DNA of 64,000 nucleotides. Origin: Eledone cirrhosa (lineage: Eukaryota). The DNA lies in assembly GCA_964016885.1 (NCBI GenBank), contig OZ024745.1, forward strand, positions 131,378,001 through 131,442,000, given 5' to 3'. A program made the position numbers and the translations under genes. Shown here one piece after another: positions 47,495 through 58,836 of this stretch. How positions within the stretch are numbered: position 1 is the stretch's first letter; each line of letters opens with the position of its first letter. The notes under the pieces are model-generated. The model was not told the DNA's origin. It saw nothing but the letters and a program-made list of their open reading frames with translations, and did not search any database.

Positions 47495-49380
47495 TCGAAC
47501 TAGAGAAGAAATTCCAAAGATGGAAGCACGGCCTAGAATCAAAAGGCCTTAAAATTAACCTGTCTAAGACTAAAGTTCTAGTTTGTAGGAAAGAAAATAA
47601 GGTGGCAGTCCCATCTGGGAAATGGCCATGCTCAGTGTGGAGGAAAGGCGTAGGTAGAAACTCCATTTTATGTCCCAAATGCAAAGTATGGGTGCATAAA
47701 AGATGTAGTGGGATCACAGGTAAGCTAACTAAGAACATAGATTTTACATGTGGCCGGTGCTCTGGTGCAATAAGTAGCAGCAAGTGCCCACAAAATACTA
47801 GCTCCTTCAACTGCGCAGAGGGTTCTATAGAAATAGTGGACAGCTTCCGTTACCTGGGTGACAAAATCAGCGGTGGGGGAGGGTGCTCTGAAAGTACAGT
47901 AGCTAGAGTCAGAACTGGATGGAAAAAGTTCAGAGAGCTTATACCACTATTAGCTGCTAGAGGGTTCTCCCTAAAAATGAAAGGCAGGTTATACGATGCC
48001 TGCATACGAACAGCAATGCTGCATGGCAGTGAGACCTGGGCATTGTGTGCAGAAGATATACGCAGAGGGTTCTATAGAAATAGTGGACAGCTTCCGTTAC
48101 CTGGGTGACAAAATCAGCGGTGGGGGAGGGTGAACGGCAAAGCATAAACGAACTAAGGAAAAAATTAGAAATAAGAGGGATCAGATGTTTACTCGAGAGA
48201 AGGCTACGTTGGTACGGTCACGTGATGCGCATGAAAGACGACAGCTGTATAACAAAGTGCAGGGCAATAAAGATAGACGGTAGCCACGGAGTAGGCAGAC
48301 CCAGAAAAACATGGGACGAGCTGATAAATTCCGACCTCACACGCTTACACCTCTCCAAGACAATGTCACTGGACCGAGACCTTTGGCGGTACTCAGTAAT
48401 AGAGAAGACCCGCCTTACCTAAATACAAAGTAAAAACCTACTACAGTCAGTAGGCATCTCTATCAACCCCCCCCCCCCCCCCGTCCCACCACCTTCACCC
48501 CATCCACACCGCCCCTTTCAATGTAAAGTTATGTTGGTCCCACAATATCCAGGCCGAAACAAATGAGATCGTGTAGGTGTCACGACAAAAAAACACACAG
48601 TCCACGCTGTAAATGTGGCCGTGTAGGCAACACGGTAAAAACCTCCCAGCCCCACACTGTAAATGTGGTTGGTGTTAGGAAGGGTATCCAGCTGTAGAAA
48701 ACCCGCCAGACAGTCCACGCTGTAATGTGGCCGTGTAGGCAACACGGTAAAAACCTCCCAGCCCCACACTGTAAATGTGGTTGGTGTTAGGAAGGGTATC
48801 CAGCTGTAGAAAACCCGCCAGACAGTCCACGCTGTAATGTGGCCGTGTAGGCAACACGGTAAAAACCTCCCAGCCCCACACTGTAAATGTGGTTGGTGTT
48901 AGGAAGGGTATCCAGCTGTAGAAAACCCGCCAGACAGTCCACGCTGTAATGTGGCCGTGTAGGCAACACGGTAAAAACCTCCCAGCCCCACACTGTAAAT
49001 GTGGTTGGTGTTAGGAAGGGTATCCAGCTGTAGAAAACCCGCCAGACAGTCCACGCTGTAATGTGGCCGTGTAGGCAACACGGTAAAAACCTCCCAGCCC
49101 CACACTGTAAATGTGGTTGGTGTTAGGAAGGGTATCCAGCTGTAGAAAACCCGCCAGACAGTCCACGCTGTAATGTGGCCGTGTAGGCAACACGGTAAAA
49201 ACCTCCCAGCCCCACACTGTAAATGTGGTTGGTGTTAGGAAGGGCATCCAACTGTAGAAAACCCGCCAGACAGTCCTATGCGAGCAAGACAACCACTCTT
49301 GCCTCAAGTGGGAAAATCCCCGTCCAAACCCATGCAAGCGTGGAACACGGACGCTAAACCTGATGATGATGATGATGATG
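47495..49380 (+). mobile_element. 5'-truncated young RTE LINE (RT C-terminus + 3'UTR + (GAT)n tail)
   Basis: WKHGLESKGLKINLSKTK, Cys-rich CSV..GVGRNSILCPKC..WVHKRCSG, VDSFRYLGD, LYDACIRTAMLHGSETW, RRLRWYGHV, GRPRKTW; second copy at 61370-62100. Confidence 0.95.
48598..49277. repeat. 112-bp tandem repeat x6 inside LINE 3'UTR
   Basis: Identical ORFs at 112-bp spacing (48675, 48787, 48899, 49011). Confidence 0.95.
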
Positions 49381-49392
49381 ATTTTGTGTGTA

Positions 49393-49822
49393 TTCTCAGG
49401 TCTCGAATAATCGTCCTCCCCACTTATTAATTTTTCAGATTTTTTCCACCCTACCTACTCTTATCCCCCCACCCGCCACTTATTTTGCTAATCTATCTCT
49501 AACGAAATTTATTTTTAATTGGTAGCATTTCTGTGATAATTAATTTTCTTTAGACATTATACATGACAAAAAAGTACATTATATGTTGGGATATCATCCC
49601 GCCAAGGTTAACTTTGCCTTTCATCCTTACAGGGTCGATAAAATAAAGAACCAGTAATGTACTGGTTAATTGCTGGCCTTGTGCCTAAAAGTAGAAACAA
49701 TTATATGTTGGGATCTCAATATGTAAACTAAATGACTAATTCTAGTTTTTTTTTTTAAATCAAGGAGGAGAACCTAGAAAATTTACCAATTCCCCCCTCC
49801 CACCTATTATTTGGGATCTAAG
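49393..49822. mobile_element. Tc1/pogo-like non-autonomous element (same family as 6882-7250) containing a SINE
   Basis: ttattaatttttcagattttttcca, tacatgacaaaaaagtacatta and tgtaaacta blocks shared with 6882-7250. Confidence 0.75.
49593..49699 (+). mobile_element. 5'-truncated SINE A with TSD
   Basis: TSD attatatgttgggat. Confidence 0.9.
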
Positions 49823-51791
49823 ACCTAAGGATTGTTTTGTGCCAATGTTAATTGAGAAGACCTACGAACAAAGGTGTTCAAGCCTTAATGATATGTTTAA
49901 AGTAACTAGGACTACATTTTCTACTGTTTCCTTCCCAGTGGAAGATTAAGTGAGCGAGGGGGTGACTGGAGTGTAGCTAAGGGTTTGCAATATTTTAAAG
50001 AGCCCCAAATTTTTTTGCAACCATAAATAATATATTATACCTAGATGAACTTTTCAACCAGGCGCCCCATGAAAACTTAATCTGTCTGTTCCGTCCCTTT
50101 TAAGATAAGGGTGGGATTTTTAGAGCGATTTGGCTACAACTTTTAGCAGGTTGAACAAATGGGGAGATAATTAGGGGAGATAATTATGCCTTTACTGTGA
50201 AAATATAGTAAATATAGAGTAATGTAAATACTAAAGGGTTAACCTATATTTTTGTTTAATTGAATATAAAAGTGTGAATAGAATGATATAAGTGTATTAA
50301 AGAGTGAAGAAATATGGCAATTGGAACAAAATAAAACCAAGAAAAGAAACTGAAAACTGTGGAGGAGTTAAATTTAGACAAAGTTTAATATGATTGGTCC
50401 CGTATAGGGACAATTTAGACAAAGTTTGCTAGATATGTGAACAAAACAGATCATATGCAAGTGACATAATAAAATACGTAACAACACCATTTACTGTTGA
50501 AATATAGACAGATGACTTAGCTATCATGTGAAGAAGGTCATCACTAGGCAGCCACCTGGGATGCTGATGTTAGAGAAGCAAATTACTGAATATTAGAGAG
50601 TCATAATTTGATACAAATTTGTATAATTAAATGAAACAATTTTCATGCAGTCAATAAATAAATCCCTAAATATTTTTGCCAATGACATAAGTGGTGGAGA
50701 GGGTTGTATGGTGTTAAGATCAGTAACATAATTTGGCATAGGCGAATGTGGACTCTGTAGTAGAAAATGTAGTCTTACTAATTTTCTTAGTGTGGTCAAA
50801 GCACAAAGTCTCAAAAACTAAGTTTGTTGGCTTGCCAAACTGTAAACTGTAATTTGAAATCATATTATTTGGGAGAATGGGATGTATATCTGGGAGAAGA
50901 AGGAGCATATTCTAGGGCACCCAACACCCATGTACCAGCCTTCCATGTGATGAGAATTATTGAAGTCTATGTAAAAATATGAAGCATCAAAGAAGATGTC
51001 CTAAAGTAATTTAGTCAAGAAATTTACTGCGTGTCAAACTCATTAAGTGTGGGGCAATGGTTGATGAACTGGAAGTGAAAGGAGATGAAGACAGTCACTT
51101 TCATATGGTATTGTCATGCTAATGATGCTGCATTTTTCTACAGATCTCACAAAGATATAGAAATGAAGAAGAAAAGGATCCCCTCAGGTAAGCAATTTGT
51201 ATTTCTACCACAAATATATCTCTTTATTATAACATTTATAGTTGTTTAGACCAAAGTTGGCGTTGATAAAGTAAAGCTATGATCAAATAGTTACTTTCTA
51301 AATCACATATGAAACACTTTAAGTATGGGATTGAGTGAACATACACCCATAATATATAATGAGAAAAAATACATAAAATTAAAAATGAAGGTATTTAATC
51401 AACAACATTCCAAGACAATCTCAGTAATTCCCACATATGGGTTCTGCAAGTCATATATTGGTCTGCAATAATATTTACAATGTTCAGTCAAGAATTCTGT
51501 TAACCAAGTTAGTTGGCAATGATACAAAGTTTTCAAATTGGTATGCAAGACAAAACTTGAGGAAAAATTAAAATAGTGACAAAACAAGAATTACCATTTT
51601 AGTCATTTTCTACAGTAAATATAATTCTTTTTTGCTAAAAATTAAAAGGATGCATCTAAATGGAGCAAGCATATGTTGGAAAAAAACTTAATAAAACTTA
51701 AATATTTACAGTTGTAGCATTAAATCAACAAAATCTGGCATCATAAGTTATTTTAACATTTATTTCCCATTTGTATAAGAATTGGATAAGT

Positions 51792-52232
51792 CTCCATAAA
51801 CTAACACATCACTATATTGTCTGATAGGTCTCCCATAAACTAACACATCACTATATTGTTTGATAGGTCTCCATAAACTAACACATCACTATATTGTCTG
51901 ATAGGTCTCCCATAAACCAATATATCACTATATTGTTTGATAGGTCTCCATAAACTAACACATCACTATATTGTCTGATAGGTCTCCCATAAACTAACAC
52001 ATCACTATATTGTTTGATAGGTCTCCATAAACTAACACATCACTATATTGTCTGATAGGTCTCCCATAAACCAATATATCACTATATTGTCTGATAGGTC
52101 TCCCATAAACTAACACATCACTATATTGTCTGATAGGTCTCCCATAAACTAACACATCACTATATTGTCTGATAGGTCTCCCATAAACTAACACATCACT
52201 ATATTGTCTGATAGGTCTCCCATAAACCAACA
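51792..52232. repeat. 38/39-bp minisatellite, ~11.5 copies
   Basis: ccataaactaacacatcactatattgtctgataggtctc. Confidence 0.95.
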
Positions 52233-52344
52233 TCACATAAATTTAACTACCACTTATCCTAGTGTTCCCCCTCCATGTACACCTACTCTCATTGTAATGT
52301 TTTTAACCAGAAGTTGCTGTCTCTACCATAATCTTTCTAGCATA

Positions 52345-52890
52345 TACTTCATCAGACAGGAGCAGGTGGAGGCTGTTCTGCTTCTATTGCCACATGGAAA
52401 TAATTTTGAGAGCTCATATCAATCCTGACTGGAATGCCTATCCCTTGAAACAAGAGGGTGTTTAATGCCTGTGTTTGATCTGTGATATTGCTTGGTAGTG
52501 AGTGTTGGAGCCCCAACAGTGAGGACAAATTGTGACTGGAAAGAAAGGAAAATGCTATGGTTTGCTAAATGTGTGATGTGAAAATCTCAGAGTCCACATG
52601 ACATCTCTCTACCAAAAACTAAAGATACCAGCACTCAACTCTGTTTTAAGAAGATGCAGACTTTGGACATGTGAACCTTAGTGGTGAGTGGATACATAGA
52701 TATACCAAGATTGTGGGACACTGATAGGTGGGGAAGAGGGCACCCATGTAAAACCTGGGAAGAAGTAAGTAGGGATGGCCTGGAACCTGAACCAAAACCT
52801 ATCTCTGGAACAAACATTGAAAGAGGCTGCCAAAATGTCCAATGCTTGTGACAAGTAAATCAGGCATTAAACCAGACAATGATGATGATC
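52345..52890 (+). mobile_element. Decayed RTE LINE 3' end
   Basis: Remnants of FRELIPIL, FNAC..ILLGSECW, FGHV, GRGHPCKTWEEV; (GAT)n tail. Confidence 0.7.
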
Positions 52891-53478
52891 TCCCAGCTCA
52901 CTTCTACCCTACCTTTTAGGAAAGTTAACACTGCAGATGCAACAAATCATACATAACTCATTTCTATCCAGCCTCTGCAGATTGTCCATATTCCATGCTA
53001 CATTACACCTCTTAGAGACTTGTACTTAGTTTTCTCTTCACAAAAGGAGAGAAACTCTTTGTAATAACTGTCTTATTTTAGCTTCAAACACCTTTAGTTC
53101 TAGTAAAGTTTCCTTGACAACAGAAATTATCTGCTATCTCATGCATGTCACCAACATTTCATGGGTGGCAGTAATATTAATTAGTGAAACCTGGACTTTG
53201 TCACACATTATACCATTGATAGCAGAAAAACCTTCACCAGCTCACATAGGTTATATAATTGGCAAGAAACAAGCAAATGATATTTTTATATGAAAACATC
53301 AACATATTTAACAGTTATAATGGGATCTAAAAGGTTAAATATAGTAAATACTTAAATGAAAAAACAACAAGAGAAACGAAATCGTTTCAAACATTAATAC
53401 AAAAGCAATTCTATATTAAAATGTTAAAGCAGTAAGGATGGGGTTTTATAGTATGTTATAAGACTGAATGCAACAGAA

Positions 53479-53691
53479 CAGCAGGGAAATGACTTGATGT
53501 GAGGCAGTTCAGCAGGGAAATGACTTGATGTGAGGCAGTTCAGCAGGGAAATGACTTGATGTGAGGCAGTTCAGCAGGGAAATGACTTGATGTGAGGCAG
53601 TTCAGCAGGGAAATGACGATGTAAGGCAATTCAGCAGGGAAATGACGATGTGAGGCAGTTCAGCAGGGAAATGACTTGATGTGAGGCAGTT
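53479..53691. repeat. 31-bp minisatellite (cagcagggaaatgacttgatgtgaggcagtt), 7 copies
   Basis: Direct inspection. Confidence 0.95.
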
Positions 53692-54062
53692 ATACTGGTG
53701 TAGATATACTATGATGTGAATGTTCAACATTAGTGAGGTGAGAAACATTGTCAGGGCATCCAGCTGTAGAAATCTTGCTAAAATTGGATGATATGAGGAA
53801 GGACATGGTCCCCATTCCCAACTTGTCTAGTCACAGGCTGTGACAAACTGTCCAACCCATGAGATCATGGAAAGCAGATGTGTGGTGATGATGATGGTGG
53901 TGATGATTTCAGAGCAATGTATCCATAGAAGGAGATAAAAAAAAGACATCGGAAGAAGTGGTGTGGTTAGATCTAAAGACATTAGACCTGGTTAACACAG
54001 CGGAAGTCACAACAACAATAGAATATATACAATAATAGGATTGTTCTAAAACCCATTTGGAA

Positions 54063-54722
54063 GGTTATTGGAATATTGGTTATTGGAATATCAGTTATTG
54101 GAATATCAGTTATTGGAATATCGGTTATTGGAATATCGGTTATTGGAATATCGGTTATTGGAATATCGGTTATTGGAATGTCAGTTATTGGAATGTCAGT
54201 TATTGGAATGTCAGTTATTGGAATGTCAGTTATTGGAATGTCAGTTATTGGAATGTCAGTTATTGGAATATCGGTTATTGGAATATCGGTTATTGGAATA
54301 TCGGTTATTGGAATATCGGTTATTGGAATATCGGTTATTGGAATATCGGTTATTGGAATGTCAGTTATTGGAATGTCAGTTATTGGAATATCAGTTATTG
54401 GAATATCGGTTATTGGAATATCGGTTATTGGAATATCGGTTATTGGAATATCGGTTATTGGAATGTCAGTTATTGGAATGTCAGTTATTGGAATGTCAGT
54501 TATTGGAATATTGGTTATTGGAATATCGGTTATTGGAATATCGGTTATTGGAATATCGGTTATTGGAATGTCAGTTATTGGAATGTCAGTTATTGGAATG
54601 TCAGTTATTGGAATGTCAGTTATTGGAATGTCAGTTATTGGAATGTCAGTTATTGGAATGTCAGTTATTGGAATATCGGTTATTGGAATATCGGTTATTG
54701 GAATATCGGTTATTGGAATGTC
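54063..54722. repeat. 15-bp minisatellite (tattggaatRtcRgt), ~44 copies
   Basis: Direct inspection; 5-aa period in four frames of the ORF track. Confidence 0.97.
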
Positions 54723-55549
54723 AAAGTGCATGTGTAGCATATTCTCAGTTATACACACACTTCTAACTAACATAAATTAGATAATTTGTCTAAATTCTTG
54801 AATAAAATTGTCCTAACAATTAATATAACCTTATTTCTCATCTGCTAGAAACAATAAAACATCTAGTATGCCATTTCGTTTTAATTGGTGAGAGGGACAT
54901 GTTACTCATGAATCTATGGGGTAAATGCTCAACTCCAGTTTTCACGTAATTGGATGAGATGCAATGAATGTGAGTGGATGTAATTATCTGGCAACAGACG
55001 ACATTCCAGTAAAATGTTGCTACTTATAGCTAACAGAGTTAAGTAAAATTAACTATTCTACTCTGAAATATATGTTTTAATGGATTTAAATCAAAACCCT
55101 AAAATATAGTTCCATACAGCTGTTTATAATCAAGGATAAGTCTCAGATTCATGAGAAATAAGCCTGGTTTCTGAACAGGTGAATGCAGAAAACAACCCAT
55201 ATATATCTACATAGATTTACAAAAATAAATAAACAAACAAAGAATTATCTGTTTTCAAAGGTAAAATGTTCTTAAAAGAAAGGGATTTGAAATGTTGGCA
55301 ACTGTAACCCAACACTAATACTTGAAAATATACAGCTGTAAATTTTAATATTGAAAAGTACAGGTCACTTCTAGAAAATATCATTGACTGAGTCATATGC
55401 AAAGATATTCAACAACATATATGGAATTTTAGTACATTTGATATAAAAAAACACTCTTGAAGAGTAAGTTTAGTTTCCTTGATGAAATACTGGTAACATT
55501 AATAGATTAATGAGAATATAATGAATTTTGTGGCATGTAAATCACCTTC

Positions 55550-55551
55550 TC

Positions 55552-55588
<37 letters not shown>

Positions 55589-55918
55589 ATATATATATAT
55601 TATTAGGTTATGCAAGAAATGCTTAGGATTATTCTGAATGCAGTAATGGTTGAAAATTGAGTATCTGCAAATAAATAACTACCAATTTGCATATAGCATG
55701 ACTAGGCTGTGTAACTTCTAAAGAAACATTTGTGTAAACACAGAATAAATTACCTTCTTATGATGTCTACCTGTTTTATTAATCATTCTTTATATTTATA
55801 TATATATATATATATATACATACATATATATACATATATATATATATACATATTTATATAATTTTAAAGCAAATTTTCCAGTTCTATCATCTGTTGTTGT
55901 TAAATGTGTGTGTGTGTG

Positions 55919-55962
<44 letters not shown>

Positions 55963-56115
55963 CGGCTCTGCAGTATACTTGTTATTTTACATCAAGCTAT
56001 ATTCATACTTGTAACTGGGTAATATTTATAATTACCCATCATATATATATTTATATATAGCTATACTTATATATGTATGAATATGTATGTATGTGTATAT
56101 ATATATATATATATT
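55550..56115. repeat. (TA)n-rich microsatellite cluster with embedded short repeat remnants
   Basis: Direct inspection. Confidence 0.8.
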
Positions 56116-56842
56116 AATTTATTAAAATAACAGATTAAAGTTTAAGCAAAGAATCGCTGCTTTCACCCTTAACAGGATCTTCTGAAACTAAAAAAAATCC
56201 ATCTGTGAACGCAGAAGTAAAAACGTTGCAAACGAAGGAAAACAGGAAGACGGTACTTTGGTTCATGGAGATGTTCTCTGGCATCTTTTTCCATTTCTCC
56301 AGGGTTCTTAACCCCACTATCAGGCTAAATGATTTCTTTAATTTCTTTAGTCAAAATACGGCGATAGCTTATATTTCTAATTTATATATATGTATATATA
56401 CACATACGTACAAACATATATATAAACATACATACAAAGACTTTTAGAAGTAATTTTTCTTTATTAATTGCCAGTCAATCTCAGGTGGTGAAAGGTTTTC
56501 AATATAAGACCAATGTTTTAACTTGTAAAGGTAATTAACAATGGGAACTTCATCTGCTTCTAAAATAACATTACTGCATTAAAATGTTTTAAGGAAATTC
56601 ATTACGCAGCAGATAAAAAAAACAGAAAAACAACAGCAACAAAATAAACAATAAAATATGTTATATTGTTGTTGCCATCAAATATTAAGTAGATATTATG
56701 TTGTTCTAAGATATGAGGAGTTGCTAATATTTGTCTATATCTATATACACACACACACGTGTACATATTTATATACATATGGTGTGACTGTAAAAGTAAC
56801 TCACACGCACTCACATATATATCACATATATGTATATATATA

Positions 56843-57285
56843 GGACAGGGAAATTAAGGCCGAGAGACCTGGATTTTGCTGACGTTATCGCTTTGGTAGC
56901 TGAGGACAGTACGAACCTGGAGGAGCTAACCACCTCCCCGCATCTGAATGTCGAGATCTGGTTACGAATCAACACCCAAAATGCCAAGGTTATGAAGGTG
57001 GGAAGCAACAGCGGCCAGAAAGCTGCAGTTAAGGTGAACCAACAAGAGCTGGACGAGATTGACCACTTTACGTACCTTGGCAGCATTCTGAACAACAGTG
57101 GCGACATTGAGCTGAACATCAACTGCTGGATTGGAATGGCGACCGTGGTGTTCCAACAGATACACTTGATTTGGTCAAACGCTGTCATCAGCATGTACAT
57201 CAAGCTGCATTTGTACACCAACATTGTACTTCCTACCATCATCTACGCCTGCGAAACGTGTAAACACACTGCTAAGGCGGATAGC
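56843..57285 (+). mobile_element. RTE/RTE-X-like RT fragment
   Basis: DLDFADVIAL, LRINTQNAKVM, DHFTYLGS, IKLHLYTNIVLPTIIYACET. Confidence 0.9.
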
Positions 57286-57669
57286 ATAAAATATAATGAA
57301 AAAAATAAACGCAGTAGCATTAATTCAGAGTAATTTCAAGTTGGTTTCGCAGTCCTTTTATAACAGTTTTACTGCATACTAAACTGTCAACTAATCATAT
57401 TATTTCAATGTTTCATAACTCTTTTATGACATTTATGTTGTCTATTAAACTGTCAAGAAACTATGTAGAATAAAGATGGTGGTGGGGAGGGAGGGGGAGG
57501 AGGAGAGAGTAGATGAAGAGAAAATATAGATTAATATAAGTTGGACAGTTTAACCCAGCAAATCAGAATCAAGAATGCAACATCATCACCGTCACCACCA
57601 CCACATGTAGTGTTATCTAGTGTGTGTGTGTAGACACTAAGATAACACACACACACACGTGTGTTATCT

Positions 57670-57904
57670 TTATGTGTCTACGATTTAGTAAGCAGTCAAA
57701 ATTCTGCTTGCCCCAAAGCCGTGTGTGTGTGGCGTGGCGTGGCGTGGCGTGGCGTGGCGTGGCGTGTGTGTGATATCTTTTTTTGTGTCTATATGTCTTA
57801 GTAAGCAGTCAAAATTCTGCTTGCTTCAACCAACGCAATTGATCAACTCAAGATTCTATAACGCATGCACTGTATGCATTGCATGCACGGACCCTTCGCC
57901 CCTG
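57670..57904 (-). mobile_element. Partial copy of the hAT-like element at 8267-8556, with internal duplication and (GGCGT)n
   Basis: 57780-57904 is the reverse complement of 8267-8390, ending in cccttcgcccctg. Confidence 0.8.
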
Positions 57905-57919
57905 GATTGTATCTCCATT

Positions 57920-58100
57920 AGAGCCTTATGGTAATTAGTTATGGCTCTTTATATTCTGAGTTCAAATCCAACTAAGGCCAACTTTGTCATCCATCCTTCT
58001 AAGGTCGATAAAATAAAACCCCAATTAAGTACCGGACCGGGGTTTATATGATTCACTTTTCACTTCCCTAAAATTGCTGGCCTTCAACTTAGAAACAATT
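57920..58100 (+). mobile_element. SINE A-related copy
   Basis: ctgagttcaaatcc...aactttgtcatccatccttctaaggtcgataaaat...aattgctggcc...tagaaacaatta. Confidence 0.75.
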
Positions 58101-58615
58101 ATCATCACTAGTATTAATATTGTCACATGACCAAAGGTAGCATCATTGTTTGTATCAAAGGCAATATTTCTATTAATTTTGTTATTTTGTTGAGGCCTTC
58201 TTTAAAGACTATGAAGAAGATATTACAATTGAGAGATGTCAAATGGTTCTACCAACCAGATGAAATATGGGATACAATAGCTTTTCTGACATTGTTATAA
58301 ACAGCTAAGTCTTTATAATACAGATACAGAAGAGCCTTGTTTACAAAATATAGAAATGTAGAGACTGATTTATATCTTCTGAAGTCTAGCTCTTGAAGTG
58401 GAAGTGAAATGGTTGAATTGATAAGCTATAGGACTCCTTAATCATGAATCTCAGTTATAAATGCAAGACAACTATTTCCTTATGTTCTTTTACATAGAAC
58501 ATTTTATTCTACATTGTTCAAATAAAGATTTTCCTAAGGAATTAAATAAATTAAACCAGTAGAGAAGGCTACGACAAAAACAACATACCAAGGAAAATAT
58601 GTATCATATTTTTAA

Positions 58616-58836
58616 CCCTTTAGCATTTACATTTCTATATATAAACTATTGTATTTTCACAATAAAGGCTTTATCTTACATAATTATCTCACATAATATT
58701 GAATCTACGAGATTTTGATGATATATATTTTGAGAACAATACCTTAACAGCAGTATGAGCAACCAATTGAGGCCAGTTTGAACAGAAGGAGGAGAAAGAA
58801 GACTGGCCGGATATGGCCGGTTTAAATGCTAAAGGT
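58616..58836 (+). mobile_element. piggyBac-like MITE family A
   Basis: TTAA flanks; TIR CCCTTTAGCATTTA. Confidence 0.9.

Noticed and set aside
47461-48422. Functional CDS
   Set aside because: 5'-truncated LINE ORF with an internal replacement and frameshift.
51144-51187. Plus-strand 44-nt exon candidate (tttttctacAG...CAG|GTAAGC)
   Set aside because: Overlaps HANDAAFFYRSHKDIE, which looks like a decayed RT YADDAA motif, so more likely an old LINE relic; cannot be excluded without RNA data.
53982-54780. Pentapeptide-repeat proteins (DIPIT)n etc.
   Set aside because: 15-bp array open in four frames; variation follows CpG decay rather than codon constraint.
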